A stretch of DNA of 64,000 bases, from positions 186,001 to 250,000 of the forward strand of contig NIVC01001632.1 of NCBI GenBank assembly GCA_002269645.1. Reading direction: 5' to 3'. Source of the DNA: Macrostomum lignano. Lineage: Eukaryota. The stretch's first letter is position 1, and the number at the start of each line of letters is the position of its first letter. The notes under the pieces are model-generated. The model did not search any database and was not told the origin of the DNA. It was given only the letters and a program-made list of their open reading frames with translations. Both the position numbers and the translations under genes were made by a program. This document shows, piece after piece, positions 1-20,324 of the stretch.

Positions 1-660
1 GAGAGGAAGAGAGAGGAGGGAGAGGAGAGGAAGAGAGAGGATGGAGAATAGAGGAAAGGGGAGGAGAGGAAGAGAGAGGAGGGAGAGGAGAGGAAGAGAG
101 AGGATGGAGAATAGAGGAAAGGGGAGGAGAGGAAGAGAGAGGAGGGAGAGGAGAGGAAGAGAGAGGAGGGAGAGGAGAGGAAGAGAGAGGAGGGAGAGGA
201 GAGGAAGAGAGAGGAGGGAGAGGAGAGGAAGAGAGAGGAGGGAGAGGAGAGGAAGAGAGAGGAGGGAGAGGAGAGGAAGAGAGAGGAGGGGGAGGAGAGG
301 AAATGAGAGAAGGGAGAGGCGAGGAAATGAGAGAAGGGAGAGGCGAGGAAATGAGAGGAGGGAGAGGAGATGAAGAGAGAGGATGGAGAATAGAGGAAAG
401 GGGAGGAGAGAAGAGAGGAGGGAGAGGAGAGGAAGAGAGAGGAGGGAGAGGAGAGGAAGAGAAAGGATGGAGAATAGAGGAAAGGGGAGGAGAGAAGGGA
501 GAGGAGGGAGAGGAGAGGAAGAGAGAGGAGGGAGAGGAGAGGAAGAGAGAGGAGGGAGAGGAGAGGAAGAGAGAGGAGGGAGAGGAGAGGAAGAGAGAGG
601 ATGGAGAATAGAGGAAAGGGGAGGAGAGAAGGGAGAGGAGGGAGAGGAGAGGAACGGAGA
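1..660. repeat. GA-rich polypurine minisatellite
   Basis: Tandem GAGGAGGGAGAGGAGAGGAAGAGA-type units; the E/R/G ORFs here are artefacts. Confidence 0.95.
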
Positions 661-1076
661 AGAGTGTACGCGCTCGTAGCGAGTGTAAAAGTTGCAGCAG
701 GTGTTTGAACTCAGTACAGAGGTAAAAAGTCCCCAGTCCCAACGACTTGGGCGTGGCTGAATCACACTAATTCTGCAGGGTGCGAAGAGACAGAACAGGA
801 TGGAGAGGCCCTGACCCAATCACAGACTGCTGAGATATTTCTAGGCATTAATTGTCCACAACGCATCCGCCGCGTCACTGACAGGCCAGTCAGGAAGTGC
901 AGGATAATGAACGGTTTGCAGGTGCAGCCGGCAAGAACAGTAAATAAACACTGCCCTTCCTAGGATTAGGAAGCTAAGACACATTTCCCCTCAGGCTGCC
1001 CAGCTGGTTCAACGGCAGAAGGTGCTTCGCAACTGACAATTTCCTCGCAGTCTTCACCATCTCAGCTGGTGCAGCA

Positions 1077-1354
1077 ATGAGGGTGCAGTTCAACATGCAG
1101 TCGCTTGAAGCGGCCGAGCCGCAGACCGTGTACCTGGCGCCTCTCAGACCGGCGGATGCCTCATCTAGTCCTCCGCTGCCACCGGCGCCGCCTCCGCCAG
1201 CCGCCAACGCCACTGTCCTAGCGAATCCGGGCTCCAAGGACTCCGAGGTTGAAGTTGAACACAATGATGAAGAAGCGGAAGCTGGAGAGATCGCGGACAG
1301 CGATGCAGCTGAGCGACGGCCGGAAGGAATTTGTCGAAAGTATCTGGGGAAGCG

Positions 1355-1395
<41 letters not shown>

Positions 1396-1667
1396 GCGTC
1401 ACCTACCTGGGCATGTCGGCCCTGACCGCCCTGTTCTTCAACCTGCCCCTGGGCGGCCTGGCTGTGTACTTTTCGATCCGGTCGGCTCGGATCTGCGTGG
1501 AGCTTCAGACCGGCAGCTGCGGCGACGATCAGCGAAGCGAGCTGGAGGCGGAGCGGCTGTTCGCGAAAGCGCGCCGATATGGCAAGGTGGCGTTCGCGCT
1601 GAATTTGACTGGCCTGCTGAGCACCATGCTCACAGTGGCCTCCGTGCTCATGTGCTGCGTGCCCTGA
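1077..1667 (+). CDS. CD225/dispanin-family membrane protein (IFITM/PRRT/SynDIG-like), single coding exon, 196 aa, polyQ tract before the domain
   Basis: Low-complexity N-terminus, then YLGMSALTALFFNLPLGGLAVYFSIRS ... ARRYGKVAFALNLTGLL, the two-hydrophobic-segment CD225 pattern. GC-rich codons. An acceptor (CTGAC...TTCCTCGCAG, 1050) precedes the ATG, so an upstream exon is possible. Confidence 0.75.
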
Positions 1668-1774
1668 CTGCTCAAGAATAGAATTGGGCTCTTTCACTGA
1701 CACATAATATCGCTTTTTTGGGTGGGAAACAGATTCTTTTTCTGGTATCCATTTCTGGCACCTTTTTAATGGCA

Positions 1775-2520
1775 CACCTTTTCTGACACACCTTCTGACA
1801 CACCTTCTAACACACCTTCTGACACCTTGTGACGCACTTCCTGACATACCTGCTGACAAACCTGACACACATTGTGAGAAACCTGACACACCTTCTGACA
1901 CCTTGTGACGCACTTCCTGACATACCTGCTGACAAACCTGACACACATTGTGAGAAGCCTGACACACCTTCTGACACCTTGTGGCACACTTCCTGACATA
2001 CCTGCTGACAAACCTGACACATTCTGACGCACCTTCTGACACACCTTCTGACACCTTGTGACGCACTTCCTGACATACCTGCTGACAAACCTGACACACA
2101 TTGTGAGAAACCTGACACACCTTCTGACACCTTGTGGCACACTTCCTGACATACCTGCTGACAAACCTGACACACATTGTGAGAAACCTGACACACCTTC
2201 TGACACCTTGTGGCACACTTCCTGACATACCTGCTGACAAACCTGACACATTCTGACGCACCTTCTGACACACCTTCTGACACCTTGCGACGCACTTCCT
2301 GACATACCTGCTGACAAACCTGACACACATTGTGAGAAACCTGACACACCTTCTGACACCTTGTGGCACACTTCCTGACATACCTGCTGACAAACCTGAC
2401 ACATTCTGACGCACCTTCTGACACACCTACTGACACCTTGTGACGCACTTCCTGACATACCTGCTGACAAACCTGACACATTCTGACGCACCTTTTGACA
2501 CACCTTCTGACACACCTTCC
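1775..2520. repeat. Compound minisatellite (CCTTCTGACACA / CTGACATACCTGCTGACAAACCTGACAC)
   Basis: Visible higher-order tandem units; the C/V/Q ORFs are artefacts. Confidence 0.95.
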
Positions 2521-3309
2521 GACAAATTTTATGATTTCCTTCATTCCTCTTCTATTCGGACTTACTTTGCAAGAAATTTCAGGTTGGCTAAGTTCGAAGC
2601 AGATTCACGGACACCAGTTTCCACTGTTTTATTACGCTGGCACAAGTTGTGGGCTGCTTTAATCTCATCGGCAGGATTCGGGGGCTTATAATCAGCGAAA
2701 TCATATTTCAGATATTTATGGTTCGGCAAGACTTTCAGACCGTTTTAGGGTCTTGTTATCTAAACAGCAGTTCATATCTAAACACTAGTTTTCTGCAGAA
2801 GTTTTCAACCTTCACTTTCGATGGATAAATGGCTCTTGAAAATTAGAAATGCAGATCCTTGATTAAAGTACAACAGAGAATATCGACTCAAGACTTTTCT
2901 AAGAAGGCTGAGAAACCTTCTGCTTCTGCTTCGCTTTGGTTGGCAAATCCATTTTCATGGGAACAGGGGGAAAGCTCGGCAATCTTCGCCGCGGCACAAA
3001 ATCATCCCCTATTGCTCTGTTTCCCGCACAGCAAGCCCAACCGCCAAAGTCAACCGCCCTTCATTGATCCCCCGAAGTGAACTCCCCCTTTTCCAATTAT
3101 CCCTTTGAAGCGGCTATGGATTGCTTTGAGAGTTGGGAAATTTGCTTTGGATTGTGACTTGATTTGTAGCTGTGCTGGACTGTAGGACGTTTGGCTATGT
3201 AATATCGTTTGATGAGCGAAATGCGAATATTTCAATACTAAACACAATATTGACTCTCCGATCATGAATTGTTGCTAAAGCATAAATATACTATTCATTG
3301 TTGGGTGGA

Positions 3310-3975
3310 TTGGCAATCCATTCTATTCCCTCATCAATGATGTTGGCTAGATTAGCAATCCGTTGTATTCCTTCCTGCATTCATGATGTTGGCTAGATTA
3401 GCAATCCATTCTGTCCTTCATCAATGATGTTGGCTAGATTAGCAATCCATTCTATTCCCTCATCAATGATGTTGGCTAGATTAGCAATCCGTTATATTCC
3501 TTCCTGCATTCATGATGTTGGCTAGATTAGCAATCCATTCTGTTCCTTCATCAATGATGTTGGCTAGATTAGCAATCTATTCTATTCCTTCATCAATGAT
3601 GTTTGCTAGATTAGCAATCCATTCTGTTCCTTCATCAATGATGTTGGCTAGATTAGCAATCCATTCTATTCCTTCATCAATGATGTTGGCTAGATTAGCA
3701 ATCCATTCTATTCCTTCATCAATGATGTTGGCTAGATTAGCAATCCATTCTGTTCCTTCATCAATGTTGTTGGCTAGATTAGCAATCCATTCTGTTCCTT
3801 CCTGCATTCATGATGTTGGCTAGATTAGCAATCCATTCTGTTCCTTCATCAATGATGCTGGCTAGATTAGCAATCCATTCTGTTCCTTCATCAATGATGC
3901 TGGCTAGATTAGCAATCCATTCTGTTCCTTCATCAATGATGCTGGCTAGATTAGCAATCCGTTCTATTCCTTCAT
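3310..3975. repeat. ~39-bp minisatellite (TCAATGATGTTGGCTAGATTAGCAATCCATTCTGTTCCT)
   Basis: About 16 tandem copies. Confidence 0.95.
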
Positions 3976-4027
3976 CCGTGATGAACACTTAATAACCCAA
4001 TGGGTTGCACAAACAACCAGCTCTAAA

Positions 4028-4838
4028 ATGAGCACTTCCTCGCTCAGGATGCAGACATCCCAGCTGTCTATGGCGTCAGTCGGACAGCTTGGGTAAAGAA
4101 AATAAAAAAAGCAACTGCCAGAAATAGCCCTTTGAAATTGGTAGGAAGCCATCAATCATGCCTTGCAGCGTCCCCTGCCTGCTCATCGGCTCCCTAGCCA
4201 GCCTCCTGATGCAGCTGGCCTGCACCCAGCCGGTGTCCGCCTTCTGCCGCGAGCTCGGCCTGCAGTTGCACCGGACCCTGTACTCCAGTGGCGCCCTGCT
4301 GTTCCTGTGCAGCGTCCTGCTGCTGCCGCTGATGCTGCGGCGCTCCGCCCACACCAAGCCGCGTCTGGCCGCCTGCCTGGCCGCCTTTGCCATCGTCTGC
4401 AGCATGGCCGCCTGCGGCACTGTTGCAATCTCGGTATTCACCGGCTCGGCCGCCGAGCAAGCGCTGTTGCTCCGTCTACAGTTACTCGGCGACCCGGAGT
4501 ACCTCCGGCTGATCAGGCGCTACCTGGACGCCGACGTGGACACCTGCTTCGCCTGGCCGGGCTGCCGGTCCGAGCTGGTCGGCCACATGCGAGTTGTGCT
4601 GCTCAGCGCTGCATTTTTCAACGGCCTGTCCTGCCTACTGTTAGTAGGCTGCGCGAATTTCATTTTAAGATATCTGGCCACTGTGGCCTGGGCTGTTGAG
4701 GCTGCTGCGGAGGAGGTGGAGCCGCAGGATCTGGCTGAGCCGCCAGCCTCCCCGGGGAACAATTCGGGTCCGCCCGTGCGGCTCGCTATGCAACAGGTAG
4801 CTGAGCCTCAGTCTCGGGAACATGAGGAACCAACCTAA
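4028..4838 (+). CDS. Four-transmembrane tetraspanin-like protein; join(4028..4092,4145..4838), 252 aa
   Basis: ORF 4158..4838 has four hydrophobic segments with a loop between TM3 and TM4 containing C...GC. A 52-nt GT-AG intron (4093..4144, phase 2) joins it in frame to an upstream ATG (AAAATGA, 4028). The core ORF is better supported than the 5' exon. Confidence 0.65.
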
Positions 4839-4964
4839 GATTCTGAATGCGCCTCATTTATTAGCTCGTTTCTGCTTTACACGCTTTCTCCTGACTTTTT
4901 CAATGAGAATAAAAGGCAGGGCTTGCGGCTACGAATTTACTTGGTATTTTTTACTTGACCTCCC

Positions 4965-5275
4965 TTTCCATTCACCTCACTCCGCACCCACCTCCTCACT
5001 CCAAACCCACCTCACTCCGCGCTCACCTCACTCCAAACCCACCTCACTCCGCAGCCACCTCACTCTGCACCCACCTCACTCCGCGCTCACCTCACTCAGC
5101 ACCCACCTCACTCCGCACTCACCCCACTCAGCAACCACCTCACTCCGCGCTCACCTCACTCTACGCCCACCTCACTCTGCACCCACCCCCACTCAGCACC
5201 CACCTCACTCCGCACCCACCCCACTCAGCACCCACCTCACTCCGCAGCCAACTCACTCCGCACCCACCTCATTTG
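4965..5275. repeat. C-rich CACCTCACTCCGC minisatellite
   Basis: Degenerate tandem units 3' of the 4-TM gene. Confidence 0.9.
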
Positions 5276-6384
5276 ACACCTATTGAACTCAATACGACTT
5301 TCACGGTCTCTCAGGGATCCTTATTATTTCTATATAAACTTTCTGTCGTAGCACACCAACTGACAAATAACTGCAAATATTTTTTTAACTTTGCAGTAAT
5401 TTTACGAAAACTTCTCATTAGAAAAGGAAAGTTTTGTGCACTTTTATTTATACGTCTACGTCTCCATCTTCTGTCTAATGATTCATTCGCAGCCTAAAAT
5501 AACACTTTCTAGTTGAAATTGGGGACCTGAATGTGAAGAGAATCTCTAAGGGATTCGCGAACTATATCTATCTGGCATCAGCTTGCCTTCCAGATCACTC
5601 TCTACCTCATTCTCTACCTGATTCCCTACTTCACTCGCTGCCCCACTCCCTACCTCACTCCCTACTTCGCTCTCTACCTCATTCGACTACAAAAGTACTA
5701 CAAGAGGTTCATACCCGGGTTTCTAGGCCAAGTCCGGAAGACTATTAGTACACGACCAGTGCTAAACTGCAGTCAATCCAGACCTGTTTCAGCTCTATCT
5801 ATCCAGGTCCTGGGAAATTGAGAGAATGATCCCAAGCTACCAGCCACACTGGACGGGGGGTAGGCGTCAACTTCAAGCAGTTTTGCCAAATGCAACCAGC
5901 GCTACTGGGCAGCAGTCTCCCTATTGATCATTTAGCTTCTTGTCCTTGAGCATTTGAGCGCAGACTAACTGCGTCAATAACTCAACTAGCCAGGGGGGGA
6001 CAGAACTGGAGTTGGAGGGTCAGGACAGGGCTATGACTGTTTGCCGTCACAGCTCTATTCAGCAGAAGCTCTCAGAGTTGACTTGTACGCAAATCTGTAT
6101 GGAAAATATACTTTTATTTAAAATAATTCAACACATTGTCTGGGACTGCGCATATTGAGGCACAAGAAATCAAGTTTAATCCATTGCCATCTGGTTCAAT
6201 CCCGAGAAAAATCCGCGGATTACGCCAAGTTTTACGGCAATAAGCTGGATTTATGAGTATTAGCTCGCTTCTTTTATGTCTGATTTTTTACGGTTCTGTT
6301 TTTGCATTGTGATAAAAATGACAACTTGAACTAGTGGGAACGATATAATATCTGGGATATCTGTGACTTGGAATCTATGAGAAC

Positions 6385-7830
6385 TGTATATGATCTGGGA
6401 TCTAGGATTCGGGATCTGGGATCTAGGATTCGGGATCTGAGATCTAGGATTCGGATCTGGGATCTAGGATTCGGGATCTGGGATCTAGGATTCGGGATCT
6501 GGGATCTAGGATTCGGGATCTGGGATCCAGGATTCAGGATCTGGAATCTAGGATTCGGGATCTGGGATCCAGGATTCAGGATCTGGAATCTAGGATTCGG
6601 GATCTGGGATCTGGGATCTAGGATTCGGGATCTGGGATCTAGGATTCGGGATCGGCGATCGAGGATTTGGGATCTGGGATCTAGGATTCGGGATCTGGGA
6701 TCTGGGATTCGGGATCTGGGATCTAGGATTCGGGATCTGGGATCTAGGATTCGGGATCGGCGATCGAGGATTTGGGATCTGGGATCTAGGATTCGGGATC
6801 AGGGATCTAGGATTCGGGATCTGGGATCTAGGATTCGAGATCGACGATCGAAGATTTGGGATCTGGGAATCTAGGATTCGGGATCTGGGATCTAGGATTC
6901 GGGATCTGGTATCTAGGATTCGGGATCTGGTATCTAGGATCTTTGATCTAGGATTTGGGATCTGGGATCTGGAATCCGGGATCTAGGATTCGGGATCTGG
7001 TATCTAGGATTCGGGATCTGGTATCTAGGATTCGGGATCTGGTATCTAGGATCTTTGATCTAGGATTTGGGATCTGGGATCTGGAATCCGGGATCTAGAA
7101 TTCGGGATCTGGGATCAAGGATTCGGGATCTGGGATCTAGGATTCGGGATCTGGGATCTAGGATTCGGGATCTGGGATCTAGGATTCGGGATCTGGGATC
7201 TGGGATTCGGGATCTGGGATCTAGGATTCGGGATCTGGGATCTAGGATTCGGGATCGGCGATCGAGGATTCAGGATCTGGAATCTAGGATTCGGGATCTG
7301 GGATCAGGGATCTAGGATTCGGGATCTGGGATCTAGGATTCGGGATCGGCGATCGAGGATTCGGGATCTGGAATCTAGGATTCGGGATCTGGGATCTAGG
7401 ATTCGGGATCCGCGATCTAGGATTCGGGATCTGCGATCTAGGATTCAAGATCTGGGATCTAGGATTCGGGATCTGGAATCTAGGATTAGGGATCTGGGAT
7501 CTAGGATTCAGGATCTGGGATCTAGGATTCGGGATCTTCGATCTAAGATTCAAGATCTGGGATCCAATATTTGTAATCGGGATCTTTGATTCGGGATCTG
7601 GGATCTAGGATTTGGGATCTGGGATCTAAGATTCGGGATCTGGTATCTAGTATTCAGAATCTGGGATCTGGAATCCGGGATCTAGGATTCGGGATCTGGG
7701 ATTCGGGATCAGGAATCTAGGAATTAGGATCTGGGATTTTTGATTGTGTTTTACTAGTTCTAGGATCTATAGAATTTGGGATCACAAGGATCTGGAATCT
7801 ATAGGATCTGGGATCTGCAGGATCTAAGAT
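6385..7830. repeat. 7-bp-based satellite (GGGATCT/AGGATTC; 21-bp higher-order unit)
   Basis: Tandem GGATCTAGGATTCGGGATCTG. Confidence 0.95.
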
Positions 7831-8444
7831 ATGCGGATCCGGAACTCGTGTGACTGAGCATAAACAGCTTCTATGGGAGAATGGTTGGATTATTGGCTTT
7901 AGTTTTTCAACTCATCAATCAATCAATCATTTTATCAATCAAGAATATGGCCTGATCCTGGGAAAAAGAGAAGAGAGTCTGTTTGATTGCAGCAGATCAG
8001 CGGCAGACTTCGAACTACCCTCAGGGAGGTCGGCATGTTTGCTCAGAGCTGCTGTACAAACTGGCGCTGGGGAGTGGGGTGGGTGGGGGGTAAAAGTGGT
8101 CAGCTCTGATATTGATTTTATCCGCAGTTGGCGGTCTCCCAACACTGGGGATCCAAGTTGGTCTCACGAGACAGCCAGTAGCGCAAGGAAATCTGATCGC
8201 TACTGCGGTTGGTTTGGTGGCGCGGTTGTCGCCATTGTTTTCCTCACAGGGGAAGTGCGGCAAGAAGCGGTTTGGGGAGGGGAAACAGCAGACAATAATG
8301 GAAAAGAGCAGCTCATGCAATCGCCTCCTAGCAGGCGAGTACTTCGAGCCTGAGTTTAGGAGACGTTCAAGTTGGGCAGGCAGCAATTTAACCTTTTCAG
8401 AAACAGCAATAAGAGTTGCAGCTAAGCTGCTGCAGACACAGAGA

Positions 8445-9350
8445 CACCAGGCTAAGCTACCGATACAGCTACAGACACTGCTACAGACACAGCTACAGAC
8501 ACAGCTACAGATACAGCTACAGGCACAGCTACAGGCACAGAGACACCAGGCTAAGCTACCGATACAGCTACAGACACTGCTACAGACACAGCTACAGACA
8601 CAGCTACAGATACAGCTACAGGCACAGCTACAGGCACAGCTACAGACACAGTTACAGGCACATTTAAAGACAGCTACAGATACAGCTACAGACACAGCTA
8701 CAGACATATTTTAAGACACAGCTACCGACACAGCTACAGATACAGCTACAGACACGGCTACAGAGAGTCAGACACAGCTACAGAGAGATACAGACACAGC
8801 TACAGAGAGATACAGACACAGCTACAGAGAGATACAGACACAGCTACAGAGAGATACAGACACAGCTACAGAGAGATACAGACACAGCTACAGAGAGATA
8901 CAGACACAGCTACAGAGAGATACAAACACACCTACATAACACAGACGACGTTAACAGACGACGTTACAGGCACTGCTACAGCTGCAGACACAGGCACAGC
9001 TACAGGCACAGCTACAGCTACAGGCACAGCTACAGCTACAGGCACAGCTACAGCTACAGGCACAGCTACAGCTACAGACACAGGCACAGCTACAGACACA
9101 GGCACAGCTACAGGCACAGCTACAGCTACAGACACAGGCACAGCTACAGACACAGGCACAGCTACAGGCACAGCTACAGCTACAGGCACAGCTACAGCTA
9201 CAGGCACAGCTACAGCTACAGACACAGGCACAGCTACAGACACAGGCACAGCTACAGGCACAGCTACAGCTACAGGCACAGCTACAGCTACAGACACAGG
9301 CACAGCTACAGCTACAGCTACAGCTACAGGCACAGCTACAGCTACAGGCA
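8445..9350. repeat. ACAGCT/ACAGGC-based minisatellite immediately upstream of CRACR2A exon 1
   Basis: Tandem ACAGCTACAGGC variants running up to the acceptor CTGAACAG (9358). Confidence 0.9.
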
Positions 9351-9379
9351 CTGAACAGGTTGACTCCAAGCGCCCAGCG

Positions 9380-16990
<7,611 letters not shown>

Positions 16991-17049
16991 CCTGCAGGAA
17001 AGGAGCGAAAAGTGCCGATACAAGAGCAGACGACGCTCAGCATTGTTAA

Positions 17050-17235
17050 TCGACTGTCCTCCCTGTCACTCCACTGCCTCCCCGGTCACTCCACTGTCTT
17101 CCTGTCCCTCCACTGTCTTCCCTGTCACTCCACTGTCTTCCCTGTCACTCCACTGTCTTCCCTGTCACTTAACTGCCTTCCCTGTCACTCCACTGTGTTC
17201 CCTGTCACTCCACTGCCTTCCCTATCACTCCAGTG
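17050..17235. repeat. 20-bp minisatellite CTCCACTGTCTTCCCTGTCA in the CRACR2A 3' UTR
   Basis: Tandem copies between the stop codon and AATAAA (17239). Confidence 0.85.
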
Positions 17236-17934
17236 TACAATAAAATAATTTTAGCTACATGCAGCTACTGAACTCAAAGCGCCCAGCATATTTCTAAAAC
17301 TCGTGAAACTACATGTACCTAGCAACCGCAGTGTAGACACGGAAGGTTTTCTAGAAGCCAGTTACTATACTCATCATTCATCATAGTTGAAGCTGTGCAT
17401 TTTAACAGTTATATTGCTCACCTTCATCCGCGAATTAATAGCATAACTATCCCGTATAGTTAATACTAAGAATCCGAAACATGTTATGTTGTGTATTCCA
17501 CTAAGTGTCTGTGATGTACAAGGCAGCCATGCATATTTTTTCTTGAGTTTTATTTTCTCATCACGAGAAGCTAATACCCAAATATCGAGCTTTTACTTAA
17601 CACTGCGTACTACTAACAGTAGCATAATTAAACTACTGTACTCAATAAGTGCTTTATCGAACTATTTACAGACTAAATATTATTATATTTTTCCAAACGC
17701 GACAGTGTCGCAGAAAAATAAACTAAATTGAAAGAAAAAAACTTGAAAAACGTTCTTGCGTGTATATCTGTTTCATGACAGAATTTATAGATGGGTTCGT
17801 AGATAATATATTAATAAAGCCAAGTATTCACTTTCCCGTGTTTGTTTACATTAGCATTGATAAGTGCATGCATGGAATATTGTATTGACACATTGCTCCG
17901 CTTATGCATGGAGATTCACTCAAACACTGCATAG

Positions 17935-19265
17935 ACCATATTGGGCTAGTCTAGGTCATATATGGGTAGCCTGGGTCATATTGGGGTAGTCTGGGTCATA
18001 TATGGGTAGCCTGGGTCATATTGGGGTAGTCTGGGTCATATTGGGCTAGTCTAGGTCATATATGGGTAGCCTGGGTCATATTGGGGTAGTCTGGGTCATA
18101 TATGGGCAGCCTGGGTCATATTGGGGTAGCCTGGGTCATATTGAGGTAGTCTGGGTCATATATGGGCAGCCTGGGTCATATTGGGGTAGCCTGGGTCATA
18201 TTGAGGTAGTCTGGGTCATATATGGGTAGCCTGGGTCATATTGGGGTAGTCTGGGTCATATATGGGTAGCCTGGGTCATATTGGGGTAGCCTGGGTCATA
18301 TTGAGGTAGTCTGGGTCATATATGGGTAGCCTGGGTCATATTGGGGTAGTCTGGGTCATATATGGGTAGCCTGGGTCATATTGGGGTAGCCTGGGTCATA
18401 TTGAGGTAGTCTGGGTCATATATGGGTAGCCTGGGTCATATTGGGGTAGTCTGGGTCATATTGGGGTAGTCTGTGTCATATTGGGGTAGTCTGGGTCATA
18501 TATGGGTAGCCTGGGTCATATTGGGGTAGTCTGGGTCATACACTATTGGGGTAGTCTGTGTCATATTGGGGTAATCTGGGTCATATTTCGATAGTATGAG
18601 TCATACTGAGTTAGTCTAGGTCATATTGAAGTAGTCTAGGTCATATTGGGCTAGTCTGGGTCATATTGGGCTAGTCTGGGTCATATTGGGGTAGTCTGGG
18701 TCATATTGGGATAATCTGGGTCATATTGAAGCAGTCTATGTCATATTGGGCTAGTCTGGGTCATATTGGGCTAGTCTGGGTCATATTGAAGCAGTCTAGG
18801 TCATATTGGGCTAGTCTGGGTCATATTGAAGCAGTCTAGGTCATATTGGGCTAGTCTGGGTCATATTGGGCTAGTCTGGGTCATATTGGGCTAGTCTGGG
18901 TCATATTGAAGCAGTCTAGGTTATATGGGTTAGTCTGGGTCATATGGGGTTAGTCTGGGTCATATGGGTTAGTCCGGGTCATATGGGTTAGTCTGGATCA
19001 TATGGGTTAGTCTGGGTCATATTGGGCTAGTCTGGGTCATATTGGGCTAGTCTGGGTCATATTGGGCTAGTCTGGGTCATATTGGGCTAGTCTGGGTCAT
19101 ATTTGGCTAGTCTGGGTCATATTGGGATAGTCTGGGTCATATTGGGGTAGTCTGGGTCATATTGGGGTAGTCTGGGTCATATTGGGCTAGTCTGGGTCAC
19201 ATGGGCTAGTCTGGGTCATATTGGGCTAGTCTGGGTCATATCGGGCTAGTCTGGGTCATATGGGT
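17935..19265. repeat. 20/21-bp minisatellite GGTCATATTGGGGTAGTCTG
   Basis: About 65 tandem copies with variant blocks. Confidence 0.95.
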
Positions 19266-20324
19266 TATTACTAACACAGATCTACATGCAGGTCAAAACA
19301 GGTGTTACAGTCTGTACTTGACCACTAAATTAACAAACGAACAGAACCCCCTGCCCAGCGACAAGCTGTCAGAAGTTTCATAATCAAGTCAGACAAGTAG
19401 TGATGAAGATAAAAAAGTCAAATAAAACAATTGGCTGCACCTGGCTGGGAATGTACTTTCTGTCGAAAATGACAAGTCTTACCATACGCTAATAAAAATT
19501 TAGAAGCACAATTAAAAACCGAATGTAAAAATATACACAGTACACACTGGTGCACAATACAGTGCAGCTATTTACACCAGTGAATGGAAATTGAATTCTT
19601 AAACACGTTCAATTGAACAACAACAATTTTAAAGTACACCACGCACTTAACAGGAACTGCACGGGTAAAGCTAATGGAAAAAATTAGGCATTATTAATAA
19701 ACATTACCAATAGGTAAAAATAGTAAGAATGGCATTCACACACAGAGATTCACAGATAACCACTGAGATTCACGCTTATGCATGGAGATTCACTCAAACA
19801 CGCATACACAAAAATCCAATAATAATGGCATTCTTTCATTTCTCGAGTATCAATACGATATACTAAAACGGACAAAATAATAGAAAAAAAATGTGTAATA
19901 AAACATTCGCGTGGTCTAGCAAGGTTGAAGCTGTTTTGTGAAAAAAAACCTGCATTTGTTACAATATGCTGTTTTGCTCGTAAAACTAATTAACAAATAC
20001 ATAAAAGCACAAACTGTACTTAATAATATGCTCACTCGCAAGTCATCTAAGGTCGTACACACCCGATGAGTCACTCGCGTCGCCCCAGAGTCGTCGCGGG
20101 TTACACAGGTAAAAAAGGAAAGAAGTGACTCTAGACGGCTCTACTAAAACGGCGAGATGTCGCGGTACAAGTCGCCATAAAGTCGTCAAAGAGTCGCCTA
20201 AGAGTCAATTTGAAGCGTTTTATTGTCTGCAACTCAGAAACGACTCTGGGGCGACGCAAGTGACTCTGGGGCGACGCGTGACTCTGGGGCTGCAGAGTCG
20301 CTGTAGAGTCACTGAGTTGCATCT

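Noticed and set aside
8112-8714. ORF MEKSSSCNRLLAG... and a possible GC-AG donor at 8335 as a coding first exon of CRACR2A
   Set aside because: The donor is phase 1 while the acceptor at 9358 is phase 0, and the rest of the ORF is minisatellite. At most a 5' UTR exon.
1050-9358. Operon/trans-splicing hypothesis for the three tandem plus-strand genes, each with an acceptor upstream of the ATG
   Set aside because: The 4-TM acceptor has a matching cis donor at 4093, and cis 5' UTR introns cannot be excluded for the others. No positive evidence without spliced-leader reads.
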